64,000 nucleotides of DNA from Phormidesmis sp. (GTDB lineage Bacteria; Cyanobacteriota; Cyanobacteriia; Leptolyngbyales; Leptolyngbyaceae), in contig CBDFJR010000002.1 in the NCBI GenBank assembly GCA_965248535.1, positions 1,312,001-1,376,000 of the forward strand, read 5' to 3'. Each line of letters begins with the position of its first letter. Position 1 is the first letter of the stretch. The notes beneath the pieces are model-generated. The model had not been told where the DNA came from. It did no database searches and saw only the letters and a program-made list of their open reading frames with translations. Shown piece after piece: positions 48,749 through 59,177 of the stretch. Both the position numbers and the translations under genes were made by a program.

Positions 48749-51529
48749 ATGTCATTTTTATTTTCTCTACGGCGATATCGTCTTCCTGGTTTTTTGTTTG
48801 CCCTTTGTTTAGCCACCGTTCTCTTGTCAGGAGAAATCGCGTTTTTGCCCCCTGCGATCGCCGAGCAAGCGCCTGCTAAACCGCCGATCGCCATCACCAC
48901 CACGCAACAAGTCAAAAAAACGATTTTAGAGAATGGCTTGACCGTATTGACTAAAGAAGTGCCAACTGCGCCTGTGGTAACGGTGCAAGTTTGGTATCGC
49001 ATTGGGTCACGCAACGAAGCGCCCGGTGTCAACGGCATTGCTCACCAGCTTGAACACTTGATGTTTAAAGGCACGAGCGATCGTCCGATTCAGTTTGGTC
49101 GATTGTTTAGCGCCTTGGGCAGCCAATCAAACGCCTTCACCAGCTACGATCAGACCGCTTATTTTGGCACGGTTGAACGCGACAAACTGCGATCGCTGCT
49201 GGCCCTCGAAGCCGATCGGATGCAGAGTGCCGTGATCGGTGCCCCTCAACTCACGAGCGAAAAGCGTGTCGTCATTTCAGAACTGCAAGGCTATGAAAAC
49301 AGCCCCAGCTATCGACTCGATCGGGCCGTGATGCGATCGGCGTTTCCTGACTCGCCCTATGGGTTGCCCGTGGGCGGCACTAAAGCCGATGTTGAGAAAT
49401 TCACCGTTGAGCAAGTGCGGGATTATTATCGCAATTACTACAGTCCTGACAATGCAACCGTGGTGATTGTGGGAGACTTTCAAACCGATGCGACGCTAAA
49501 AGCGGTTCAAGAATCCTTTGGTCAGGTTCCGAGGTCTGAAAAGCCCAAAGCTGCGGCCCAACCTCCGGCCCCGATCGTGACCAAAGGCAGCCCAGCAAAA
49601 GCGGCGATCGTGCTCAAACAACCCGGTAGCGCTGCTCTTTTACAGTCCGTCTACCCCCTGCCCAACGTCACCCATCCCGATGTGCCTGCTCTGCACTTGT
49701 TTGATTTAGTGCTGACTCAGGGGCGCAGTTCTCGGCTCTATCAATCTTTGATCGAATCGGGTTTAGCTAGCGACTATAGCGGCTATCCGGCCAATATGCT
49801 ATCTGGCGGATGGTATGGATTAGGTGCGACGGCGGCACCCGGTCAAGACTTATCAAAAATCAACCAAACCATCCAGGCAAGTTTGGCGAACCTTCGCACC
49901 AAGCCTGTGACCGTTGACGAACTGAAGCGGGCCAAAACTCAGCTTAAATCTTCTGTGCTGCTGCGAAACCGAAGCATCACCAATCAGGCGATGCAGCTAG
50001 GCGACGATCAAACGACGGCGGGCGATTATCAGTTTACCGATCGCTATTTGGCAGCGATCGAGAAAGTAACCACCGCCGATATTCAACGAGTTGCAAAAAC
50101 TTATTTTGACCCTAGCCAGCAGACCTTGGGATTCTTTGAGCCGACTCAGCTAGATGCCAAAGCAGGCGGCTCGGTGAATGCGGGTCAAACCGTGGAGCAA
50201 TTTAATCTAGGTGCTCCGGTCGATCCGGCTGAGGTGGCAAAATATTTGCCGCCTGTGACGCGGAGCGATCGCCCGGCTCAGGCACTGCCCGAAAAAACAA
50301 TTCTCTCAAACGGGCTGCGAGTGCTGCTGCTGCGCGACTCTAGCACCCCAACAGTTTCGCTCAGGGGTTATCTAGATGCCGGAACCTCTTTTGATGCGAG
50401 TCAAAAATCAGGGCTTGCCAAACTGACGGCTGACAACCTGCTGAATGGCACCCAAACCAAAGATGCGTTAACGCTAGCAACGACGCTTGACGATCGGGGC
50501 ATTGCGCTAGGATTTGATGTGAATCGAGAAGGATTGTCGATTAGAGCAAACACGCTTGTTGAAAATCTGCCAACGCTCGTGCAAACACTGTCAGACGTGA
50601 TGCAACATGCAGTCTTTCCTGATAGAGAATTGGAACTGAGCCGTCAACGCGCCCTCACTGCTCTCAAAGTTCAATTAGACAGCCCTGCATCTAAGGGAAG
50701 ACGCACCTTTCAGCAAGCGATCTATCCCTCTAATCATCCCTTTCACAACTTTCCGACTGAGGCCAGTTTGAAAGGCATTCAACGGCAAGACTTGCTGAAC
50801 TTTTATAAGAGTCACTATCGTCCTGATAAGACCACGGTGGCGCTGGTGGGCGACTTTGACCCGGCTCAGGTGAAGAGTCTATTAGAGAAAGAATTGGGCA
50901 CCTGGAAAGCCACAGGGCAGGCTCCTGCCTTGACGTTTCCGCCTGTGGCGCTGCCTGCAACTGGGGTGCGTCTCTATGACGGCATTCCTGGCAAAACGCA
51001 ATCGATTAGCTACCTGGGTTATGTGGGCATCAATCGCACCGATCCCCGCTATTATTCAGCGATCGTGATGAACCAAATTTTGGGCGGCGACACGCTAGCG
51101 AGTCGATTGGGCACCGAGATCCGCGATCGTCAAGGACTCACCTACGGGATTTATAGTGTCTTTCAGGCAGGCATTCATCAAGGGCCCTTTCTGATCTCAA
51201 TGCAGACAGCCCCCGAAGATGCCCCGAAGGCGATCGCCAACACGCTCAAAGTGTTGGAGCAATTTCGCACCCAAGGGGTAAGCACCAGCGAGGTGTTAAC
51301 GGCCCAGCGATCGCTGACGAGCAGCTATCCCGTAGATTTAGCCGACCCCGATGATCTGGCATCCATCATCTTGATGAACGATGTTTATGGACTGAATCCC
51401 GCAGAAATTCGTCAGTTTCCTAAACAGATTGATGCGGTGACTCAGGCTCAGGTGAATGAAGCCACTCAAGATTTGCTGCACCCCGATCGCTTGGTGGTTG
51501 TGACGGCTGGGCCTGCAATGGCTCGTTGA
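48749..51529 (+). CDS. M16 family zinc peptidase (pitrilysin/PqqL-like), exported
   Basis: GIAHQLEHLMFKG (HxxEH), SNAFTSYDQT, duplicated M16 halves, signal peptide. Confidence 0.93.
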   Translation: MSFLFSLRRYRLPGFLFALCLATVLLSGEIAFLPPAIAEQAPAKPPIAITTTQQVKKTILENGLTVLTKEVPTAPVVTVQVWYRIGSRNEAPGVNGIAHQLEHLMFKGTSDRPIQFGRLFSALGSQSNAFTSYDQTAYFGTVERDKLRSLLALEADRMQSAVIGAPQLTSEKRVVISELQGYENSPSYRLDRAVMRSAFPDSPYGLPVGGTKADVEKFTVEQVRDYYRNYYSPDNATVVIVGDFQTDATLKAVQESFGQVPRSEKPKAAAQPPAPIVTKGSPAKAAIVLKQPGSAALLQSVYPLPNVTHPDVPALHLFDLVLTQGRSSRLYQSLIESGLASDYSGYPANMLSGGWYGLGATAAPGQDLSKINQTIQASLANLRTKPVTVDELKRAKTQLKSSVLLRNRSITNQAMQLGDDQTTAGDYQFTDRYLAAIEKVTTADIQRVAKTYFDPSQQTLGFFEPTQLDAKAGGSVNAGQTVEQFNLGAPVDPAEVAKYLPPVTRSDRPAQALPEKTILSNGLRVLLLRDSSTPTVSLRGYLDAGTSFDASQKSGLAKLTADNLLNGTQTKDALTLATTLDDRGIALGFDVNREGLSIRANTLVENLPTLVQTLSDVMQHAVFPDRELELSRQRALTALKVQLDSPASKGRRTFQQAIYPSNHPFHNFPTEASLKGIQRQDLLNFYKSHYRPDKTTVALVGDFDPAQVKSLLEKELGTWKATGQAPALTFPPVALPATGVRLYDGIPGKTQSISYLGYVGINRTDPRYYSAIVMNQILGGDTLASRLGTEIRDRQGLTYGIYSVFQAGIHQGPFLISMQTAPEDAPKAIANTLKVLEQFRTQGVSTSEVLTAQRSLTSSYPVDLADPDDLASIILMNDVYGLNPAEIRQFPKQIDAVTQAQVNEATQDLLHPDRLVVVTAGPAMAR

Positions 51530-51544
51530 TCAATGCGGCAAGAG

Positions 51545-51568
51545 GGGCACGGCGTGCCGTGCCCGTAC
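51545..51568. repeat. REP-like palindrome, family A
   Basis: GGGCACGGCGTGCCGTGCCC-GTAC. Confidence 0.8.
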
Positions 51569-51705
51569 TGGCAAGGCGTATTTGTAATATTGTCATTCCA
51601 AATCAAATGGGTTGAGACGCGCAAGCGAGAATTAAGCTACCTTAGAAAATGGCGAGGGCGTGTGTTGCGCGATCGCTTTCCCACTGCCGACCTAGTGCCA
51701 TTGCC

Positions 51706-52518
51706 ATGAACATTCTCAGTAATCTGCTCCCCCAGTCTGCTCCTAAAAAGCGTCGCGGCATTGAGATCAAGTCTCAGCGCGAGATCGAGATTATGCGGCA
51801 GGCAGCAAAAATTGTAGCGATCGTGCTCAAAGAAATCTCAGAACTGGTCAAACCTGGCATGACTACCGCCGACCTAGATGCCCATGCCGAAAAACGGATT
51901 CGAGAGATGGGAGCCACTCCCAGCTTTAAGGGCTATCACGGGTTTCCGGCTTCGATTTGCGCCAGCATTAATCAAGAAGTGGTGCACGGAATTCCCAATC
52001 GCAAAAAAGTGATTCGGACGGGCGACGTGCTGAAAGTCGATACAGGCGCGTTTTTTGAAGGCTTTCACGGCGACTCGTGCATTACGATCGCCGTTGGTCA
52101 AGTCACTCCCGATGCCGCCAAACTGATTCACGTTGCTGAACAGGCTCTCTATAAGGGCATTGAGCAAGTTCGGGCGGGGGCGTTTTTGCTCGACTTGGCG
52201 GGGGCCATTCAAGATTATGTCGAGGCAAACGGCTTTAAAATCGTAGAAGACTTTACGGGTCATGGGGTTGGGCGCAATCTTCATGAAGAACCGTCAGTTT
52301 TTAACTTTCGCACCCACGATATGCCCAACGTCAAGCTTCGGGCTGGCATGACATTGGCGATCGAGCCGATCGTCAATGCAGGCACCAAAAATACTCGCGT
52401 TTTGCCCGATCGTTGGACGGCGGTCACCCTAGACAATGCGCTCTCTGCTCAGTTTGAGCACACGGTTCTTGTCACCGAGGAAGGCTATGAGATTTTGACC
52501 GATCGGACAAATCTCTAG
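51706..52518 (+). CDS. map: Methionine aminopeptidase type I
   Basis: EVVHGIP, FHGDS, GHGVG..LHEEP, IEP, SAQFEHT. Confidence 0.96.
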   Translation: MNILSNLLPQSAPKKRRGIEIKSQREIEIMRQAAKIVAIVLKEISELVKPGMTTADLDAHAEKRIREMGATPSFKGYHGFPASICASINQEVVHGIPNRKKVIRTGDVLKVDTGAFFEGFHGDSCITIAVGQVTPDAAKLIHVAEQALYKGIEQVRAGAFLLDLAGAIQDYVEANGFKIVEDFTGHGVGRNLHEEPSVFNFRTHDMPNVKLRAGMTLAIEPIVNAGTKNTRVLPDRWTAVTLDNALSAQFEHTVLVTEEGYEILTDRTNL

Positions 52519-52524
52519 ACCCTC

Positions 52525-52557
52525 AAACCTCCGAATTCTTAAAGAATTCGGAGGTTT
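52525..52557. repeat. Palindromic repeat, family B; likely bidirectional terminator between convergent genes
   Basis: AAACCTCCGAATTCT-TAA-AGAATTCGGAGGTTT, a perfect 15-bp stem. Confidence 0.75.
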
Positions 52558-52564
52558 AGACCTA

Positions 52565-52963
52565 TTATTCCACTAGCTGCGTCACCCAGCTTGAGCCGCT
52601 CTCTTGGGGCTGAGGTTGGGCGAGTCGCCAGGTTTTTCCTTCACGCTGCCGCTGCAAATAAACGTCAAACGGATTGTCTTTTGGGGTCACCGTCCGTTTA
52701 GACAGTTTGAGGGTGTAGTCATAGGTGCCTTGGACTCGATAAGCCGACAGATTTTGAATGGTCAGAGGCTCTTGACGAGTCACCTTGACCCGATCGATCG
52801 TCAGATTGGGCAGCGCCAACCGCAACTGCTGACTTAAAGCTTGCTGAGTTTGGCTGACTTGCAGCGCGATCGCTTGTCGCACAATCTGATGGCTCGGAGT
52901 CAACTGATTCGCGCTACAGGCGGTGATTAGACTCGCCAAGACCACAACCAAAATGATTTGCAT
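52565..52963 (-). CDS. Hypothetical lipoprotein
   Basis: Lipobox ITAC; NPFDVYLQRQREGKTWRLA looks like a conserved motif. Confidence 0.75.
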   Translation of the reverse strand: MQIILVVVLASLITACSANQLTPSHQIVRQAIALQVSQTQQALSQQLRLALPNLTIDRVKVTRQEPLTIQNLSAYRVQGTYDYTLKLSKRTVTPKDNPFDVYLQRQREGKTWRLAQPQPQESGSSWVTQLVE

Positions 52964-53048
52964 CGATCGCCGCACAGCTACTTTCCTCCAAATGCCACTA
53001 TTAGAGTAGCAGCGATAGGATGAGCCTGAAAGTGACCTAGGAGAACTG

Positions 53049-53708
53049 ATGTACAAAAAATCATTTGGGGTCAGTGACGACCTCTACCACTATATTGCCG
53101 CCAACTCGCGTAACGAACCTGAGATTCTCGCCAAGCTGCGTCAAGAAACCGCCGATCATCCTCAAGCCAGAATGCAAATCTCGCCGGAGCAGGGGCAGTT
53201 TATGGGCTTACTGGTTCGGCTGATGGGTGCCCAAAAAACCCTCGAAGTGGGCGTGTTTACAGGCTACAGTTCTCTCGCGATCGCCCTAGCGTTGCCCCCC
53301 GATGGCAAGCTAATTGCCTGTGATATTAGCGAAGACTACACCGCGATCGCTCGTCGCTATTGGCAAGCCGCTGGGGTCAGCGCCAAGATAGAACTGCACA
53401 TTGCGCCCGCTCTAGAGACCTTAGATCATCTGCTCAAAACTCAAGCCGAAACCTTTGACTTTGCGTTTATTGATGCCGACAAAGGCAACTATGAACATTA
53501 CTACGATCGGGCCTTTCAACTGATTCGCCCCGGTGGATTGATCGCGATCGATAACGTGCTTTGGTCAGGGCGAGTGGCTGATCCCACCGATCAAGATAAG
53601 ATTACCCAAACGATTCGCGCCTTTAATCAAAAGCTGGCGCAGGACGATCGGGTGGTGTTGAGCTTGCTGCCGATCGCCGACGGGTTAACCCTCGCGTTCA
53701 AGAAATGA
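53049..53708 (+). CDS. Cation-dependent O-methyltransferase (CCoAOMT-like)
   Basis: LEVGVFTGYS, FIDADK, DNVLW.G, DGLTL. Confidence 0.92.
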   Translation: MYKKSFGVSDDLYHYIAANSRNEPEILAKLRQETADHPQARMQISPEQGQFMGLLVRLMGAQKTLEVGVFTGYSSLAIALALPPDGKLIACDISEDYTAIARRYWQAAGVSAKIELHIAPALETLDHLLKTQAETFDFAFIDADKGNYEHYYDRAFQLIRPGGLIAIDNVLWSGRVADPTDQDKITQTIRAFNQKLAQDDRVVLSLLPIADGLTLAFKK

Positions 53709-53893
53709 GTTCCTGAGAATCAGTGCTCCGCCGCAGCCTGTCGCTAAAAAGAAGGAAATTGTTCCCCCACTACTTGAGTCAAGTTTGTTAATAGGATTAA
53801 AATACCCAAAAGCCCGAATTTATTGACTCCCCTGCGAACCATTTTTTTCACACGTTTATCTGTCCACTTTTAGGATTTCATTAGGTTATCTCC

Positions 53894-55525
53894 GTGACTC
53901 CTCAGACTGAACAAGCTGCTCTCACATCACCATCTGCATCTACCTCAGACAGCGACTTGGATGTAGTCAATCGACAGATGATTGTGATTCTGGACTTTGG
54001 CTCCCAATATTCTGAGTTGATTGCACGGCGCATCCGCGAAACTCAAGTTTATTCAGAGGTGCTCTCCTATCGCACCTCGGCCGAACACCTTAAAAAACTC
54101 AATCCCAAAGGCATTATTCTTTCGGGAGGCCCAAGTTCTGTCTATGATCAGAATGCTCCCCACAGCGATCCTGAGATTTGGAACCTAGGCATTCCTGTTC
54201 TAGGGGTGTGCTATGGAATGCAATTAATGGTGCAGCAACTCGGTGGCGGGGTCGAAAAGTCCGATCGCGGTGAATATGGCAAGGCCAGTTTAGAAATCGA
54301 CGACCCTACCGATCTGCTGACCAATGTCGAAGATAACACCACGATGTGGATGAGCCACGGCGACTCGGTGACGAACCTTCCGACGGGCTTTGAGCTATTG
54401 GCCCACACTGCAAATACGCCCTGTGCCGCGATCGCTGACCACGATCGGAAACTCTATGGAGTGCAGTTTCACCCCGAAGTCGTGCATTCCCAGGGCGGTC
54501 AAGCCCTGATTCGCAACTTCGTCTATCACATCTGCACCTGCGAACCCACTTGGACAACGGCAGCGTTTGTCGAAGAAGCGGTGCGAGAAATTCGGGCTAG
54601 GGTCGGCGAAAAACGGGTCTTATTGGCACTGTCGGGCGGCGTTGACTCTTCGACCTTGGCATTTTTGCTGCACCGGGCGATCGGGGATCAACTGACTTGT
54701 ATGTTTATCGACCAAGGGTTTATGCGAAAGCTAGAACCAGAGCGGTTGGTGAAGCTTTTTGCTGAGCAGTTTCATATCGCCGTTGAGTATGTCAACGCCC
54801 GCGATCGCTTCATTGATTCAGTCAAGGGCATCACCGATCCCGAAGAAAAACGGAAGCGAATCGGGCATGAGTTTATCAGCGTGTTTGAGTCCGAGTCTAG
54901 ACGGTTGGGCCCCTTTGACTATCTCGCTCAGGGGACGCTTTATCCCGATGTGATCGAGTCGGCCGATACCAATGTTGATCCCCAAACGGGTGAACGGGTC
55001 GCCGTCAAGATCAAGAGCCATCACAACGTCGGCGGGTTGCCCAAAGATCTGCGCTTTAAGCTCGTCGAGCCGCTCCGCAAATTGTTTAAAGACGAAGTGC
55101 GGAAGGTGGGACGCTCGATCGGGCTGCCTGAAGAAATTGTCAATCGTCAGCCCTTTCCTGGCCCAGGGTTAGCGATTCGCATCTTAGGAGAAGTCACCAG
55201 CGAACGGCTCAATATTCTTCGCGATGCCGATCTCATTGTTCGTCAAGAGATTAATCGAGCCGGGCTATATCATGATCTCTGGCAAGCGTTTGCGGTGCTG
55301 TTGCCCGTTCGCAGCGTCGGAGTGATGGGCGATCAGCGCACCTATGCTTATCCGATCGTGCTGCGCTTTGTCGCTAGTGAAGATGGCATGACGGCTGATT
55401 GGGCAAGGGTTCCCTATGATTTGCTGGAGACGATTTCTAATCGCATCGTCAACGAAGTCAGCGGGATCAATCGCGTAGTTTATGACATCACCTCTAAACC
55501 ACCAGGCACGATCGAATGGGAGTAA
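53894..55525 (+). CDS. guaA: GMP synthase (glutamine-hydrolyzing)
   Basis: [44 protein letters not shown]. Confidence 0.98.
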   Translation: MTPQTEQAALTSPSASTSDSDLDVVNRQMIVILDFGSQYSELIARRIRETQVYSEVLSYRTSAEHLKKLNPKGIILSGGPSSVYDQNAPHSDPEIWNLGIPVLGVCYGMQLMVQQLGGGVEKSDRGEYGKASLEIDDPTDLLTNVEDNTTMWMSHGDSVTNLPTGFELLAHTANTPCAAIADHDRKLYGVQFHPEVVHSQGGQALIRNFVYHICTCEPTWTTAAFVEEAVREIRARVGEKRVLLALSGGVDSSTLAFLLHRAIGDQLTCMFIDQGFMRKLEPERLVKLFAEQFHIAVEYVNARDRFIDSVKGITDPEEKRKRIGHEFISVFESESRRLGPFDYLAQGTLYPDVIESADTNVDPQTGERVAVKIKSHHNVGGLPKDLRFKLVEPLRKLFKDEVRKVGRSIGLPEEIVNRQPFPGPGLAIRILGEVTSERLNILRDADLIVRQEINRAGLYHDLWQAFAVLLPVRSVGVMGDQRTYAYPIVLRFVASEDGMTADWARVPYDLLETISNRIVNEVSGINRVVYDITSKPPGTIEWE

Positions 55526-55584
55526 CCTAGCCTCTCTGTAGGTTCAAAAATAAGTGCGATCGGGGCAGCGATCGCCTAATAATT

Positions 55585-55634
55585 TGTGGAAAACAGCCCA
55601 AACTCTGTGGAAAACTCTGGGAAGTTGTGGAAAA
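55585..55634. promoter_or_regulatory. Three co-oriented DnaA-box-like 9-mers
   Basis: TGTGGAAAA (reverse complement TTTTCCACA) at 55585, 55606 and 55626. Confidence 0.5.
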
Positions 55635-55635
55635 C

Positions 55636-56544
55636 TCATTTTTCTACTGGAGACCCGTAGCTAATCTGATCAGATTGATAAGTCGGCGGCTCTACGTGAA
55701 TCATCACTCTCACAGGGCTATATTTTTCAGCTAATCGGGCTTCTACTTCCTCGGTGATGTCGTGAGCCGTCTGCACATCCCCCACTTCGACGATCAGGTG
55801 CATCTCAATAAAAGACTGCCGACCCACCACCCCTCGCGATGCGATGTCGTGACAGTTCAGCACGCCAGGCACCTGCATCGCCACTTCATAAATGGCTTCT
55901 GGCGCGATCGCCATCTCATCTACTAGAGAAGGCAGATTTTGTTTGAGCACTGACCACCCACTCCAAAACACCATCAGCGCTACGGGAAAAGACAGCGCCA
56001 GATCCAGCCACTGCCAGTTAAACGCCCAAACGCCAACTAAACCTGCCAAAACGCTGATCGTTACCCAGACATCACTCATCGTGTGCTGGGCATCGGCAAT
56101 CAAAATCGGACTGCCCACTCGCTGCCCTTCGGCGCGCTCGTAGTAGGTGACAAAAATATTGATCCCCAACACGATCAGCAATAGCCACAGTTCCCCGGCC
56201 GAGATGTGAATCGGCTTACCCGTGCCCATCAACCGCTCGATCGCGCCCTGCAAAATCTCAAAACACGCAATCCCCAAAAAGGCAGCGATGCCTAAAGCAC
56301 TCACAGCTTCAAACTTTTGGTGCCCATAGGGATGATCGCGATCGGGCATCGGAGACGAAAATCGGCTGGCAATCAATCCCAGAATGTTGCTAGCGCTGTC
56401 GGTTAAACTATGCAGCGCATCTGCTAACAAACTTAATGAACCCGTTGTCAATCCCACAAAGGCCTTGAGTCCCAAGACAAACAGATTGAGCAATAGGGTG
56501 ATGATTAACACTTTGCGAACCGTCGATCGATTATCTACTATCAC
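55636..56544 (-). CDS. Cation diffusion facilitator (CDF) transporter
   Basis: ADALHSLTD, HPYGHQK, ADAQHTMSD, IHVEP. Confidence 0.93.
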   Translation of the reverse strand: MIVDNRSTVRKVLIITLLLNLFVLGLKAFVGLTTGSLSLLADALHSLTDSASNILGLIASRFSSPMPDRDHPYGHQKFEAVSALGIAAFLGIACFEILQGAIERLMGTGKPIHISAGELWLLLIVLGINIFVTYYERAEGQRVGSPILIADAQHTMSDVWVTISVLAGLVGVWAFNWQWLDLALSFPVALMVFWSGWSVLKQNLPSLVDEMAIAPEAIYEVAMQVPGVLNCHDIASRGVVGRQSFIEMHLIVEVGDVQTAHDITEEVEARLAEKYSPVRVMIHVEPPTYQSDQISYGSPVEK

Positions 56545-56684
56545 AATCTCTCATTACCCTTTAGCGCTCTGAATTATTCAGTGTAGATCTCGAAGATTAA
56601 AAGCGCTCTAAAGTCTTATTCGTTAAAGCTTTGAGCTTTCTATAACTGTTTTAAGTTCTTGACGACAATCGCAATTAGCAAGTC

Positions 56685-56797
56685 ATACCAAATTGAAAAT
56701 AGACTGCAACAGGTGATCAATAAAACCTACTCAAAGTCCCCCATTTTGGGGGATTTAGGGGGCGAGGAACGGTCGCATTCACAAATTGACCTGGTAT
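56685..56797. mobile_element. 113-bp MITE-like element with imperfect TIRs and an internal GC hairpin
   Basis: ATACCA...GACTGCAAC versus reverse complement ATACCA...GAATGCGAC; internal TCCCCCATTTTGGGGGATTTAGGGGGC. Confidence 0.6.
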
Positions 56798-56955
56798 TAC
56801 AGAACCCGATAAACCTTACGTCTTGACTCAAGACTTGAGAGATTCTTTTTGTAGATCTTTGTCATCTAGAAAGTTAACTTTTTTGCTTGGGCTTCAATTC
56901 TCAATCCTGCTTCCCAGTAGGATGAAAGGGCTGCCACCGGGGACGAATCGTGTCT

Positions 56956-57300
56956 ATGTCTTCTCAACTCACGTTAAACCTAATCGAAGGCTCTATTTCT
57001 TTCCGCTTTAGTCCAGAAGCCGCCAGAGACTTAAAAGCGACGCTGGCAGACCTGATGGAGCGGCTCAAAGTCACCGCCAATAAGCCAACCCCTGGAGGCA
57101 GAGTTACGCCCCAAAAGCCTGTGGAATATCGCCATACAGGAGACGTTTTTTTAGAGGTGTTTTGCAACCCCAATATTTGGCCCACACCCTTTGCAGCCAA
57201 GGTGCTGATCACCCTGAGAGACGATCGCATTCGCATCACGACCGAAGCCGAACTCAGCCGCGTCAATGACGATATCAGCGCTTATTTAGAACAAGCTTAG
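56956..57300 (+). CDS. Conserved cyanobacterial hypothetical protein
   Basis: Compact ORF with normal codon usage; FLEVFCNPNIWPTPFAAKV. Confidence 0.75.
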   Translation: MSSQLTLNLIEGSISFRFSPEAARDLKATLADLMERLKVTANKPTPGGRVTPQKPVEYRHTGDVFLEVFCNPNIWPTPFAAKVLITLRDDRIRITTEAELSRVNDDISAYLEQA

Positions 57301-57405
57301 AGAACAAGTCTAGCTCGTAAGCCTTAGCTGAGAAATGTTACAGACCGCACTGTGAGCGGTGCAGTAAAATCGAGGCAACCACTCTCCTATTTATCGCTTT
57401 AAGCC

Positions 57406-57786
57406 ATGACTTCTGATACCGTCCTTCGGCTATTGCAGAAAGGGTTTCGCGTCACGATCGGGGCAACAGCAACGCTGATCGAAGTGCTGCAAGACCCTCA
57501 AAGACGCGAGCAAAATTTATCAAAATTAAGGCTAGAGCTAGATCAGCTAGCGCAAGAATGGGCTGAAAAAGGGGAAACCACCGAGCAAGAAGCCCGCAGT
57601 TTTGTAGACACCTTCGTGGCCCAACATCGCGCCACCAGCGATCGGGCTGCCTCTGAAACCACCGTGACGACGATCGCAACGTCAGTGCCCTCCTCCACAG
57701 AGGTGCTCGAACTGCAAGAACTCACTGCACAACTCGCCGCCATTCGAGCCGAGCTAGCGCAGCTACGATCCCAAAAGCAGCCCTAA
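57406..57786 (+). CDS. Hypothetical helical/coiled-coil protein (phasin-like pattern)
   Basis: EWAEKGETTEQEARSFVD; C-terminal heptads. Confidence 0.7.
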   Translation: MTSDTVLRLLQKGFRVTIGATATLIEVLQDPQRREQNLSKLRLELDQLAQEWAEKGETTEQEARSFVDTFVAQHRATSDRAASETTVTTIATSVPSSTEVLELQELTAQLAAIRAELAQLRSQKQP

Positions 57787-57801
57787 AGACCGGAGATTCG
57801 C

Positions 57802-57826
57802 GTAAGGGCACGGCACTGCCGTGCCC
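57802..57826. repeat. REP-like palindrome, family A
   Basis: GTAA-GGGCACGGCACTGCCGTGCCC. Confidence 0.8.
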
Positions 57827-57902
57827 CCTAGACTCGACCAGTCACCGATCGTTTTAATAACTCTAAAGATACTATTCACGACTCAGTTAAAAGGAGTGTG
57901 CT

Positions 57903-59006
57903 GTGGATCTAGCGACCACCTTAAAAAGTCAAACCCCTCGCAATCATGTGCGAGAAATCGGCATCAACGGCAACCATTGGTATGCGATCGCTTGGTCTGC
58001 TGATCTCAAACCGACAAAAATTCTGACCGCGACCATTTGGCAGCAGTCAATCGCCTTTTATCGCGATCGCCACAACCAGATTCAAGCCGTCGAAAATGTT
58101 TGTCCCCACAAAGGCGTTTCGTTTGATCAGGGCAAAGTTGCAGAGAATGCGATCGTGTGCCCCTATCACGGCTGGGAGTTTAACGGGCAGGGCGAATGCG
58201 TCAATATTCCCTACTTTCCGCCCGATCAAAAGCTGCCTTGTGTCAAGATGCAGAGCTTCCCCGTGCAGGAAAAATATGGATTAATTTGGGTCTTTCCGGG
58301 TGAGCCTGCCCTGGCAGCCACGCAGCCCCTAATCGACATTGCAGAATACGACGACCCCCACTGGCTGCTGATTCCCATTGAGGCAGACTTTAAAGCCCAC
58401 TTCTCAATCTGCAATGAAAACACGATGGATGTGTTTCACGGTCATCTTCACAAAAAGCTACAAGGCTGGTTTGATCCCGTGCTGCTCAAGCTTCGAGAAA
58501 CTGAAACCTCGGTCGAAGCTAGCTATCAACTCTCTTACACAGGCTTTGTGACTCAACTGTTGGGGCTGAGTCAATCAGCCAATCGAGTCACCACCAAAGT
58601 CATTTCGGTGAGCTATCGCTATCCTCACTACATCAACTATCTTCCAGGGCTTTCATCGCTCTATTTGATGCGGTTGCCCATCGCACCTCAAAAAAGCCGA
58701 TCGTTCTCGCTTTTGTTTCTTAAGTTAGGATTGCCTCCGTGGTTGCTCAACATCCTGCGTCCCGTTTTGCAGCCTCTCATTCTAAATCTGCTGCTGCTGC
58801 CCTTTCTCAGACAAGATATTGAAATGATCGAGAGCGAACAGGAGAATTATGCAAAAAATCCTCAGCGGCGCTATGTCGAGGTTAACCCCGCGATCGTCGC
58901 CGTGCAGCGCCTGATATTACGTCAATATGAGCAGTTTATCCGCTATTCGCCCCACCCTGAAAGCCCGTTAGACTCGCCCGTTCCGCAGGAAGCATCGACC
59001 CAATAG
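57903..59006 (+). CDS. Rieske non-heme iron oxygenase alpha subunit
   Basis: CPH-x16-CPYH Rieske motif; ENTMDVFHGHLH mononuclear iron motif. Confidence 0.92.
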   Translation: MDLATTLKSQTPRNHVREIGINGNHWYAIAWSADLKPTKILTATIWQQSIAFYRDRHNQIQAVENVCPHKGVSFDQGKVAENAIVCPYHGWEFNGQGECVNIPYFPPDQKLPCVKMQSFPVQEKYGLIWVFPGEPALAATQPLIDIAEYDDPHWLLIPIEADFKAHFSICNENTMDVFHGHLHKKLQGWFDPVLLKLRETETSVEASYQLSYTGFVTQLLGLSQSANRVTTKVISVSYRYPHYINYLPGLSSLYLMRLPIAPQKSRSFSLLFLKLGLPPWLLNILRPVLQPLILNLLLLPFLRQDIEMIESEQENYAKNPQRRYVEVNPAIVAVQRLILRQYEQFIRYSPHPESPLDSPVPQEASTQ

Positions 59007-59177
59007 CAGCACAAAACTTTTTGGGATTCCTTCTGAGTTGTTGCAAAATGTAGTCTTTACGATCACACGATTGCGGCGCGATCGCATTACATTACAGAAG
59101 TAGTCATCGGGAATAGGGCCTAACGCTCTACTCAGATGCCCCGATGGTCTCTCATCCACCTTTATGAGACTCAACCC

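Noticed and set aside
55500..55640. Genomic island integrated at the guaA 3' end
   Set aside because: There is no integrase or duplicated att sequence, and a housekeeping CDF gene follows directly.
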